NCBI GenBank assembly: GCA_976226885.1 | Contig: OZ320313.1 | Location: 105,834,001-105,898,000 of the forward strand | DNA: 64,000 bases | Source: Iphione sp. A-MEVVRFRX5 | Lineage: Eukaryota | Direction: 5' to 3' | Part shown: positions 29,401-41,500 of the stretch, piece by piece | How positions within the stretch are numbered: the first letter of the stretch is position 1 | Layout: every line of letters begins with the position of its first letter | The notes under the pieces: generated by a model | What the model was told of the DNA's origin: nothing | What the model saw: the letters and a program-made list of their open reading frames with translations, nothing else | Databases searched by the model: none | Made by a program: the position numbers and the translations under genes

Positions 29401-32400
29401 ACATAGAAAACATTACACAAAGAGAGGATATGTTGGACATATAAAGAAACAAATAGAGAAAACGTGTTTTCCTCCCTGCATCTCTTCCACTTAATATCGT
29501 ACGTATATGTGTAGAAGAACTTGACAGATACACACGTATTTCCACTATCTGATCACAATTGTCTCCGATCTGTGCCTCATCTACGAGTATGTACATACAT
29601 ATATGTAGAAAGTGCCTTGTTATGACCCGCGTAAAAGATGCGGGTATTAAGATTCTGTTCCACATTCTAAGAAAGGCCCAGGTACCCATTCAAGATACAC
29701 AGGGGCAGAACACAGAAATTCTGTCTATCCATAGAACCCCAATTTAGCCACTGTCTTGGCAGATCCCTTTACCTGATAACCCTGTCCTTTCTACTTCCAA
29801 ACTTTTTTTCATGGCACAGTGTTTGGTAAACCAGAATAAATAGACTGGGTTCACTGTCCGCCTTTTATTATTAATCTAGGAAAACAAATAGTCCAGAAAT
29901 ACTCTTCGAACTTATGCGCACAAATCACCTGCTTTGATGAAGTATATTGGGCTAACTAAGTGTAATTGCACTGTCCTAATAGGCAGCTAATGGCTTTTGT
30001 CCCCCACCTCGTAGTTGGAGGGACCCTGGGAACGCTGCTATCCGACTGTCCGAACCTCCATCACGATCCTGTTGGTCTGTCTCCGCCGACACTAATATAT
30101 CTAATTAAATATTTTCAGTATGGTTCACTATAATATGGATGCCTGATGCTTTCAACTTAATTTGGTATAATTCATACAGAAAGTTGCCACAGAACCGGGA
30201 TCTTAGATGAAAGTGTCCACAAGACGGCCAATTCTGGTTTATGCTATAGTCTGCTTACCGAATTAACATCAATTGTGTTGCGACCCCAACTTGGGTGACC
30301 ACGTTATTTTAAGTGGTTCGTCAACAATCAAATTGAAACTGTGTTTCTTTTGTCGGCTGTATTCATGAGAACTGGGTATGAGTCGCCAAGCCAGTTATGA
30401 CAGGAACTTTGGGTTGCACCTGCCAAAGGTTAAGAAACTCCGAGTCAAAGGATCTGGTGACACTAACCTGGCTCAACATCCTGACCTCATCCTCCCGCGC
30501 TTCCAGAGCCTCACACACCACACGGTGCTCCTGCTCCAGCTGCTTGTGTTGCCTCGCGACTTCCTCCAGGCGCTGGTTGGAAGGTACAGACAAAGGGAAA
30601 ACAAACTTTAAAAAATGAAAGCTACCAATGTGATTTGGAAACTGAAACAAACTGTTGTCTTCTACTTAAAAATACACAATCCGAAAACTTCGTCAAGAGG
30701 CAAAACATCATTCCTAAATGTGATCTGTCTATGCTGTCCACTACACACATGTATTATACTTATAAAGAATACACGCATTTGCAGTTGGGGGAGACAAGTA
30801 TGTCGCAGTATGGAGACATTTCTCTGAAGAAAAGACTTAAACGATTTCAAAGATATTGCAGTAGAATCACATTTCACAAGAGCAACATTGTATACCGTAG
30901 TCTCTTCTAATGGGGAGAGCCTCGCTTCATATCAAAGCATCTACATAAGAAGGACGCCTTCTAAATGTATCAGATTTCTTGTTATGAGGATCCAACTGCT
31001 TCTTCAACAGTCTGGTTATGGTCCGGGTATGTCCTGCCTATAGATCCGTCCGAGAAAGGTGGTTTACTGTGGGGGCAGAGATCTACACAAATATGTACCG
31101 TAGACACTTTCAAATATGACTACTGGGGGACCAGCTTTATTAGAGAATGTTTTTATTATGTATTATATAGTTTTGGACCAGAAGATATACCCTTTAATAT
31201 TGAGTTGCCCTCCTAGCTCGATCAGTCACCTGCAGGTTGAGTTATTATTGCATATCACTATTGTCATTTTTCTTATGTCGAACCGTAAGATATAAAGCAT
31301 TGTAGTAGTTATCTTGAAAATACGTTTAAATTTCCAGTGTCGTCCTTCCAAAAAGCATTTACTTTGTATTTTCTAACTCCGTATGAACTATTTTCAATAT
31401 GGAGGACTTCGCGCTTTGTGGGGAGGGTTTAGCAATGAAAAAACACACTTAAAACTTATAATTATATAATATAACCCCTTTCAATCTATATGCAAGGATA
31501 CAGCATATTTTTTTTTAAAACGGGACTACGGGACGATCCCTCATGAATGTAGTTGGGGGAGTTATTTTTAGGTAGAGACTGAGGCTTGGAGAAAAAAAGT
31601 GAATTCCAGTTGGCGTCATAACAAACCACAGTGAGGAGATCAATCAAAAAGACCAGACGTTTGGGCAAATTAAAAGCCGAGGTGTCAAATGGAGGTGAAG
31701 GGGAGTTCAGAGAACAGTTAAAAGAATAAACACGTCGTGAAGCTTGTTACCGCGATATTAAAGACAGACCTGCTAAGGTAATAGCCAGACACGATCCTAA
31801 CGCGAGCAGCTAGTAGAAAGTTGTTGCCCTGTCTTCAGTGTCTCTTTCGACACTGGTATTTATATCGTTTTTAATTTTTCCGATTGCTGAGGTTTAATGT
31901 GTTTTTCTCCTTTGTCCGTCTCGCCTGCTGGCATCCCTATTATGCTCCATCTCGTTCCCACTTAGTGTTACTGATCATCTCTTCCATTCCTCTGTATTTA
32001 CGTCCTCCAGGCCATCCGGTCCTCTCAGCCCATCCCTTCTGTGTGTGTCCGTGTCTGTCAGTATCTCTTTATTTCTCTCCAGCTTCCTGATCAACAGCAA
32101 TTCGCTGAGCTCTCTTTGATGGTCCACACCATTGAATATGTCCACTGCTAATACATATAAAAGGTGTTTAAGGAGACGTTTACATTTTACACCTACCTGG
32201 ATAACGACCTCTAGACTGCTGACTTTTTCCTGCAGCGCTGCCACCTGGTCCTTGGCCGCCTGCCATTCAGCTTCAACTTGTGAGAGGTTTGTCCGTAGTA
32301 CCTGGCACTCTTCGCTCACCTGAAACAGATAGGACGTTCGAATTAAAAGGTCTGGTAGGACAAGGAAAGGGAATAGAAGAGCTGAAAGATGGAATAAAGA

Positions 32401-32491
32401 CGACTAAGGGAGAAAGAAAGAATAAGATGGGGGGGGGACTGGGGGAGGATGGACAAATAGAGACAGCGATATACGGGAAAGGCACTTCAGC

Positions 32492-32530
<39 letters not shown>

Positions 32531-35500
32531 TATGAGAGAGATGATATACATATGTACATGTATATGTGTATGGGGGATATAGAGCGAGGATAGAACCAGC
32601 TGATGATTGCTGGAATGCAAAACTATTGAAGCGCAGAGGGTACAGGAACGCATGTGAAAGGATTGAAAAGGGAGGGAAAGACATAGGTATGAAAACACTT
32701 TTCATAAACAGTACTGTCCACCTGTGAAATGTTCAGGAACAGAAGCAGGCGTAGCGCTGGGCGACTGGAAGAGAGAATAAGTCTGTCCTGTAGAAATCTT
32801 AGCCGGCAATTAATCACGCAACTCCGAAAGCGACAGGTGCTCAAAGCTAACCACACACGGCAATCCCCACAAAGAAACCAATATGTTATGAAAGCGGCTC
32901 ATTCGGACCAATTCGTTGCGGACCCGAGGTTCAGAATGTCAATGAAATTCAAGGCTTGTGTACGATTCTTTTTCTTATTGGACTTAGGTACGATTCTTCT
33001 TATTGGTTCCCGGAGCAATAGGTGGTGAGCTCATGGTTTTTTTTTCATTAGTAGCCAATACACATGTAAGCCGACACCGCAAAATCTAATTAACATCATC
33101 GCGGGGAAGGGAAATGTGCGGCAACTCAAGTTCACTTTTCAACTCTGACTTTTTAGCTCTTGGTGCGAATGTCTAGCATTGAGCTGTGACATTTTCGCCT
33201 TGCACACATTCTATAGCTAGTGATTTTTAAAGGTGACAATCGCTCTATTTATACCCGCTGGCGTTAACGTCATGGCTGCCCCAGAAGTTGGATGGAATGA
33301 TATACTTTCCGAAAAGATGCAGATCACTTGTGCCATACTCTTTTAAATGACTTCGCTCACATGTTATTATCGTATCGATTAAATACAACTGCTATCTGTT
33401 TTATCAATTCCGATCAATACTTCCAAAACTATTCACACTCCGCAAAAGAAAGTAGAAAAGAACGGTCATAATTTCTCGTGACACACGTGTACATTGGCGA
33501 ATAGGCAAATGCAATTCCACTTAAAATGAAGGGACCATGGATGAGAAAAGAAAGATGAAGCCCTTCATCAGAGACAGAGAAAAAGAAAAAATATGGACGA
33601 TTGTGAAAAGAAGTTACGAAAGGAATGACAGAAACAGAATTTTCATTGATTCGGGAATGGTTATAGGAAATGGTACACAACGTTCGCTTGCAAATAAAAT
33701 TCGTCGGTTCGTGCAGGCTTTGGCTCTACGATTAATCACGCCCTTCAGATTAACACGCCAGCCATATTTGTCTCACCTTTGCCCCTCAATCTCCTTACAC
33801 GGGGCAGGTGGGAGACTGCAACCTTCCCCGGGAGTAGGTGTGCGTGGGAGGACCACCTAGTACCACCCTATATCACACCTGTTCTCTCAGTTGGAAGGTA
33901 ATAACACACCTGCAGAGCGACAGCTCGATGTATTTTTTAAGTTTCATGTGCACGACGGCCTGTTGTTAAGAGGTACACCAAGTGAACTCCCCACAGCCTG
34001 CCCCACATATAGGTGGATACATATTACACGGTGCATAAACGTCCGTATAGAAAGAGACCGAGAAGATCCATGGCTTCACCGGTTACATCAGATCACACGA
34101 AGCTCTTTCAGTGGTCAATAAGGTTACGTGTTAGGTTCAACCATCATTAAGCAGAAGCCAACGGACCATCCCGTTATATAAATTGTTTCATCAATAAACT
34201 AGCACACTGCTATTATATCGATAGGCACCGATTGTGTGCTTCTCACACATTGGTGGTGTATAATTGGATTACATGTAGTCGCTGCTGTGGCTTTGATGCA
34301 ACGGGATTCAAGGAGATTCCTGGTACAAATGTGGCACCCGTGATGAAACACGAGTGCCATTCGACTAAAACCGTGGTTTTCTGGTTCGTTATCTCCCAAT
34401 CCGCAGCCAGCTCAATGTAAATACATAAAGGTCAGGTGGAACTTCCAGTGGGCACTGTTTAATAGGGTTATATCCATGGAATATTAACCTGAGTGGAATG
34501 TATTCAGACGGGTGTAAATGCCAAGGTGAACGTCCCTGGATGAACAAATGCTTCAGGTAACCTTGGATACAATTAACTAATGTGTACATTGACAATTATC
34601 TAACGCATATTTCCTGCCCTTTCTAAGGGATACTGTCAATAGCTATTGAAGGCAAGGCAATAGAGTTTCTGGATTATGCTTCCTATGTGGACCATAGAAG
34701 GCACTAACAAGCACTGTTAGTTCTACGATTTGGCAGTATGTTGTGCATATATCATCCACTGAAAACTGGACTGATGGGACTTAGTGTTGAGTATGCACAC
34801 TGCAGCAGCACTTATCTATCTCTCCTGACCCGAAACACATCCACTGCCAACGGGTCAGCCACCCAATTACAATGCAGTGTGTTTTGCTCTTTTAATGTCA
34901 TAATAGACAAAAGTGGCATTGTAATGGCTTTTTTATCAACCATGAATGGGTTAATTGTGTAAAATGTGGACGTACAACCATGAACCACCAGTTTAGAATA
35001 CTAAATTACCAAATTTGCTTCTCCAAATACATCCTCTATGCAAATGGTTCTGCTTGACTGAAATTTTTAGATAAGCCAATTCTGACTGAATATATGTATA
35101 ATATATCCAAGGTGGTTTAAATGCCGTAGGTATTTAGTTTCACCATGGCCAAAACTAGGTCCAATGTGATCAAAGCTAAGAGTAATGCATATCTACTTAA
35201 GCCCATGTGCACTTGTGATGTTTAAAATACTGTGACATCAAAATATACCCTTTTGTCTTGGTAATAGGAAATATGCTGGTAACTGTCTAGTGTATACTAA
35301 GTTAGGTAGGGAATAGTGAGGGTATTGGCATAATCATAGACCCAGTTATAAATATTGTATGTATAACTACAAGCAGTAGTGATATAAATATAGGAAATCA
35401 TCCACCAGTGAGAGTGAGATTTGAGTCTAGCAAGTGACAGGAAAGGACATTGATAGCCATACTCCTCCCTGACATCAATATAAAGTATACCTTACAGTGG

Positions 35501-38500
35501 AAAACAACAATAAATTATATATGTACATGTGCACTCAGGGCTCAATTTATAGACGCTTGCCGTTTCATGTATTATCATTCAGAAATCGAATAAATTCCTA
35601 AGTCGAATCCTGTTTCCATAGAAAATTGTCCTTTTAGGTCATAGAAAACCAATAAAAAATCGCATATTTTCGGATATTGAGTTTTCGGAAATCAGGTCTT
35701 GACGATATGTAAATAGGCCTACTCGTTCATAGACATACTTCATGTTATTCGCTAAATTAATTACCGTGTATCATGATTTCTCTGATCCGTCTTCACGTTT
35801 GCTTATATATCCTTTGTCTATAAAAGCCTAGATATATTCAAAACCTCACATAAGGAGTGACTCTTATTGGAAGTGATCTCCGTTACCCGAGGTCGACCGC
35901 CCGAGGTGCGAGGAACATGAATTATATAAAAAAATGGCTCACCTGTTCACAACCACACGTCCATATGAAGTGTCAACCTCATCACTTATGTTGCCGACAC
36001 TATATTTAAGGGCTTGGGTAAGCAGGGAAAGACGATCATAGACAACATCACTGCCTTAACGGACGTCAATATACACCGGCCCCGCTGCCTATTCTGGGCC
36101 TGTTGCCATAAATTACCGTCGGTCGATGGCGACTTACATCTGTCGCCGGCTATAGGCGCATGGATCAACTCCCTCAACTGAGCTCGGAGCGCTGCGAGCC
36201 ATCCCCCTCCGAGCTGGTCTAATATAGAGAACAAACTGTCGCTCCCGTCAGTGCGATCTGCTCCTCGAGACGTTAATCTGCTCACTAAGTTAGAGGTCAG
36301 CCCAGATGTTAAAGTGATTACGTGATAAGCAGGGTGCGATGTGGGTGACCGGAGCCAAGAATTGATGCACAGAACCAATGTTCCTGTATGCTCCTTTGTT
36401 AGGAGTAAAATACACAATTCTTAGCTTCTGATCTGCTTGCCTTTATGTGTGTGTATGTATGTACATGTACATGTACATGTATGTGTTCATGAGTATGTGT
36501 CTGCGTCTGTGCCATGCCCCTGGTCTATATGTTTCTCGGTGACTGACCCTCTGCCTAACAAGGTTGGGATATGTATGACCATGTGAGAATATTCGTGCAT
36601 GTGATGAAGAAATATGTACCGTGGCTTACAGCTGTGTTTCAAGTGGGAATGCTGAAGAACATGTACTTGTCTCCATCAAAAGGTAGATCTCTTCATTCAG
36701 GCTTCCTTGTATTTACATGTACTGAGATCTTGGTAAGCTGCGAGTAAAAAGTGATTTACGATCGTGTGTACTTGCTTCTAGTGCGACCAACTGATTGCCT
36801 CTGGGAAGCTATAAAACTCTCTTAATATACTCGACGAAAGTTGACTGATCTCTTACTTACATCATGGACATATGCCAACCAGTGACTTTTTAAAAACAAA
36901 AGTACACAATGTAGCCTGCCTACGACAGTGGTGCTCCACTGGTATATGTCTGTAAACACCGTCACAGTATCATTTAGATGTTCTGACAAACTCCGGCGAT
37001 CGGTCAATTGAGCATGGCGATCGTGAAGGTTTATGTACATATATGTGCATGAGGACGGGTTTTTACCGCCATCTAGTCAGACGTCGTGTCACAGAACGAC
37101 CGGTACAACTGATCTTGCTATAACAACAGGATCTTCACAGACGTTCGCTGCATGTGGTCGTGTGTACGTCCTTGTGTGCATCAACATAACTGTGTTTGGT
37201 TTGGGGGGTTGTGTCTTGCACCACTGTGGTTATTTTAGGGAAAAGTGGAAAATGCATCATACTCACTACCAAGCATCCACTTATACGTCTCTGTCTTTGT
37301 ATGTGTGTGTCTATGTGTGTCACGATATGTTTTGATCCAAGACCAGTGACGGACAGCCACACACATGTATGATTGTATGTAAATGGCGTATCTAATTATA
37401 CGTATGACCACCCCTTCCCCCCGCGTCTATGTGTATGTGCAATGTGTATGTTCAGGTGTGAGCACGTATGGGTGAACTATGTTTGCATCTATTTACACAT
37501 GTACATGTGCAATTGGATGTCGCTGATGTATGCTAGTAGGATCAAACCAGACTAGGTGATGACATATTTAGGGTTTTGATATCCTCTATTCCCAGTCACC
37601 CAGAATGGCCGTATTTGCGTGTCAAATCTATGTAGTTCGTCTATGTGGCAGCGACATCCATGTAGATGTGCGACTAGGTACGTGTTTCGGCGTCGTGTTG
37701 AAATCCAAACCGGACCAGTGGCTGGTACTTAGGGTAATTACCAGCGTGGTGTTCCGGCTGCTGACCGGATTGGCCTCCGCACCCGCGCACGTCAATCCTA
37801 TCACAGGAGACTTATCTGGCGGCTGCTGGCGCGTGGTAACTAACCAGTGGGGGACGGTGGTGGCGGTAGTGGTGATGGTGGTGATAGTATCGAGAGCGGG
37901 TAAAGCCTTGGAAGGGGGGGGGGCGGTAGGGGCAGGCGTGATTGAAGTGTGGCCGTAATGGTAGTATTGGACGGGCAGTGCTGGTGAGGCGGAGACGGCG
38001 CAGCTGCACAGCGGAAGCTGCTGCTCCTCATTGTCGGTCGTCGGACGGCTGCTTCCGCTTCCGCCACCCCCGCCTCGCGTCGACAAGGGATGAGGTTGGC
38101 GGGGGAACATAACATCGACCGATGACTATGACAGCCGCTAGGTGTCTCTCTCCAGTCAACATGATGGGGGAAACCATTGTTGAGTGTGGGGAGCTCCTAT
38201 GGTCAATGTTGGGATGGGACCGAATTACAAGCGTCCCGGCCATCCGGGAGCCCGTGTTTCGGCGCGGGTGGGCACAGGGAGACGGGGCTGGCGGGGCCGA
38301 CAGGGGTCGCGGTCAGGGGCGGGCGAGGGTGTGCTGTCACCAGCCGTCAATATGTCGACGAATATGCACAACCACCATCGTGTAACAACCACTACCATGG
38401 CCTCTACCACCAGCACTACCATTCGCACCACAAGCACCACCCTCGACCACCACGAAAGGCATTAGAAGGTCTTAGGTACAAGGAAAACAGCCGAGTAGCT

Positions 38501-41500
38501 CCCTGAGGCTATACACTACCTGTTATTGCCCTGGTTGCTCAATCCTCCTCCTCCTCCTCCTCCTCCTCCTCCTCCTCCTCCTCCTCCTCCTCCTCCTCCT
38601 CTTAGCTGTCCGGGTACAATGCGTGTTCCCAGGGAGCCGCTGAGCAAACGATCACCACTCCAAACTAACAGTAAATCCAGGCTAGCGTCCCTTATGGCGT
38701 CCTCATTGTATAGCGCCCCTGTGAACGACGACGTGACGCTTAGCGTCCATGCTGGCGTCTATAGAGGCGTCACATCCACGCCTGAACGGTCCCTCGTGTC
38801 ATCTCATTACATGGCCGCGCTTTGGTCGGAGGAGAAACTGCCTGGCAGCTGTATTGGTCGGGGTAGATGCTGGATGCCCGAGTTGCAGCCTGGCCACTGG
38901 GGTTGAGTTCACTTGAGGGTTGCCTGGCACTGCTATATTTGAGGGTCCTGTTTCTGTACGGGCGGAGAGCTCCTCTCAGGCGGCGGGAGGGGCTCGAGCC
39001 ACGGCTAACATCCCCCCTCCTCCTCCTACTCCTCCTCCACGGCAGCAGCCGGCAGCTGGGTGTGTGTACCCGCCCCCACGCGGTCAGCGACTGAGAGCCC
39101 GCAGCTCGGCACACTGGCGCTACCACCACTACCAACACCAGCAGCAGCAGCAGCAGCAGCAGGAGGGAGAGCGCCAGTGACAGCACTGGCTATGGCAGCA
39201 GCAATAGCTACAACAGCAGCAGTAGTAATAGTTGTAGTAATAGCAGGCACAAGATCACTGGTTGTCTACCCCAGCAAGTGTTGCAGTAGAGAGAGCAATG
39301 GCAGCGGTAGCGGTAAACTGCAGTACAAGCACCAGCCGTTGTAGCAATAATTCTAGCTGTAAGAATAGCGACACATCAGTAAATGCTAACAGCTGTCGAT
39401 GTAGCAGTGAGTAGTGGCAGTAGAATCAGCACGAGCAGGACAAGCAGCAGGACCAATAACATATACCAACTGCAAGAGCATCAGCAGTAACAGTGCTTGT
39501 AGCAGCAAAAGTAGAAACCCAAGAGTAGTAATAGCAAAAGTAAAAGTACCAGTTATAGTTAGAGGCAGAAGGACTAGCAGGAGTACTTGTGGTAGCAGCA
39601 ACAACAGTAGTAACAGCGGCAATGAGTACTCAGGTCACCAGTGGCAGCAGCAGTTAGTAGTTACAGTGACAGAGCAGCCTACAACGTTTGAATCAGCAGC
39701 TGCAGCAGTGCTTCTACTACCACCACCACAGCGCCGGTGCTGCTGCAGCTGCTGCAGCGATCATTGCTGCTCACAACTGCTCCAACTGCTGTCAGTTTTC
39801 CCTTTAACCTCCTGCTGGGGCCTCTGCTGTCAAGACAGCTGTCACGACCGTTGCCATAGCATAGCGCTAGTGCTAATTAAGCCGCTGCTCGAAAACAGCT
39901 GCTGGCATCCCTCCCTACTCCATCTTCTGCAACTACTATACTGCAGCTGTTGTGGCCACTGCTAGTGCTTCTGCTTGCTGCTGCTGGTGTTGGTGCTTAT
40001 TATGATTAAGCATCAATCTCAGCAGCCACCCGTCGACGTCCATTCGCCAGCAATGCTAACTATGGCTCGCCGCTCATAGAGCATAGGCCTACGAGCCGTC
40101 GGAAGGTGATGCCGTCGCCTCCTTTACCATCTGCCGCCGCCATCTGCCTCATCATTAACCTCTGTATGCACTTAAAGCTGACACTGGACCCTGTCGACCA
40201 GTGGAGGGGTGGCCTGTGGGGAGGGCTCCATCTGCACACACGGCCACCACTATCTGCAGACGGCAAGTACTTATTGTGGTGACCATCTGCCGGCCACCCT
40301 ACGCCATGAGTGTGCGGCGGCAGTGGCGGCGCCACCACCAGCTCTAGCCGACCCCTATCATGGCCTAGGCCGCCGATGCGGTTGTAAACGGCAGTATTGG
40401 TGCAGCTGGCGCCTAAGTGGCCACAAGCGGCGGCGGTGACAGGCGACGCTCCGTAGACGCTAGATACTGGGTACTGACACACTTGTCGCTCAGTCGTTTC
40501 GACGCCGCCGACTCCGCCTCCGCCGCTGCGCGCACAATCGGCGCTCGGCGACGACGACGGAGGCGGGCGCGCTCGACGACCGGAAACCCATCAGGAAAGG
40601 CCATCAGCGGGCTGACCCATTTCCGGGCTCGTTTCACGGAAGTCAACTTATAGCCTCACGGGACGAGGTTGGGCGGTGGCGGCGGCGGCCGACGACCGTC
40701 GGGCCTGTCGCCGTGGAGGAGGGTGGCTGGCACCGAATCGAGAAGAAGGAGTGCAGGGGGGTGGGTGCGTCGGCCGGATGTAGGGGTTGGGTGGGTAGGG
40801 GGTAAGGGTTACCATCCTAGGCGAACTGACAACCGGAGAAGTCCCCATTAACTAAGGAAGGAGAGGGTGGATGAGGGTTACACGGTGCTTGGTATATACA
40901 TGTAGATGGTTCAAATGATGTGGTGCCTAACAATATATGACTGTCTGTCCCCTTGTATTATGCTCTATTACGTCTCTATGTGCTCATGGATGTATGCTGC
41001 TTATTGTATATATATATATGTCTGCATAAAGATGCGCTTTGCTTTGTATGCACTGATAATTTTTCCATGTGCAGTCAGACCGCATAACTTTAAAAAAAAG
41101 TGTGATATGTGTATGCGTTCAATGCCCCAAACACATTTTATTTTAACTAGGTGGAGGCGATGGTATTCCGCACTATTAAAGCACCATTTCATATTGATGC
41201 AATATATGTTCCGGAACAATATGTGGTACATTAAAATACACAATCATGCATTATTTTTGACCGATTAGGTATGTAGCCGAAAGGTGTCGGAGATGGTATG
41301 TAGATAAAAAAAATAATACATGAAACATACTGACAAACACCGACACGTGCAGAGTCAGACACAGGCCTGAAGGTGCAGGGTGTGCCCTGGATGAGCACGT
41401 AATGCATCTCACTGCTGTCCTAGAGCAGCTCACACTTAAGCGCTCACAGGCTCAACGGCAAGAGCAAGTTACAAGAGCATCATGCAGACAGTGTACTTGA

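Noticed and set aside
36138-36218. 81-bp exon-like segment ([22 protein letters not shown]) with a GTAAGT donor
   Set aside because: Phase 1-1, incompatible with the phase-0 host intron; the phase-0 frame has a stop.
38770-39186. ORF with a signal-peptide-like poly-Leu/Val start
   Set aside because: The hydrophobic run is just the reverse complement of a (CAG)n microsatellite, and the start is non-ATG.
39180-40020. TAG/TAA-rich triplet region read as a gene with stop-codon reassignment, or as RIP-like mutation
   Set aside because: The triplet phase shifts by non-multiples of 3, and the RIM-BP exons use the standard code. Degenerate microsatellite or fold-back fits better.
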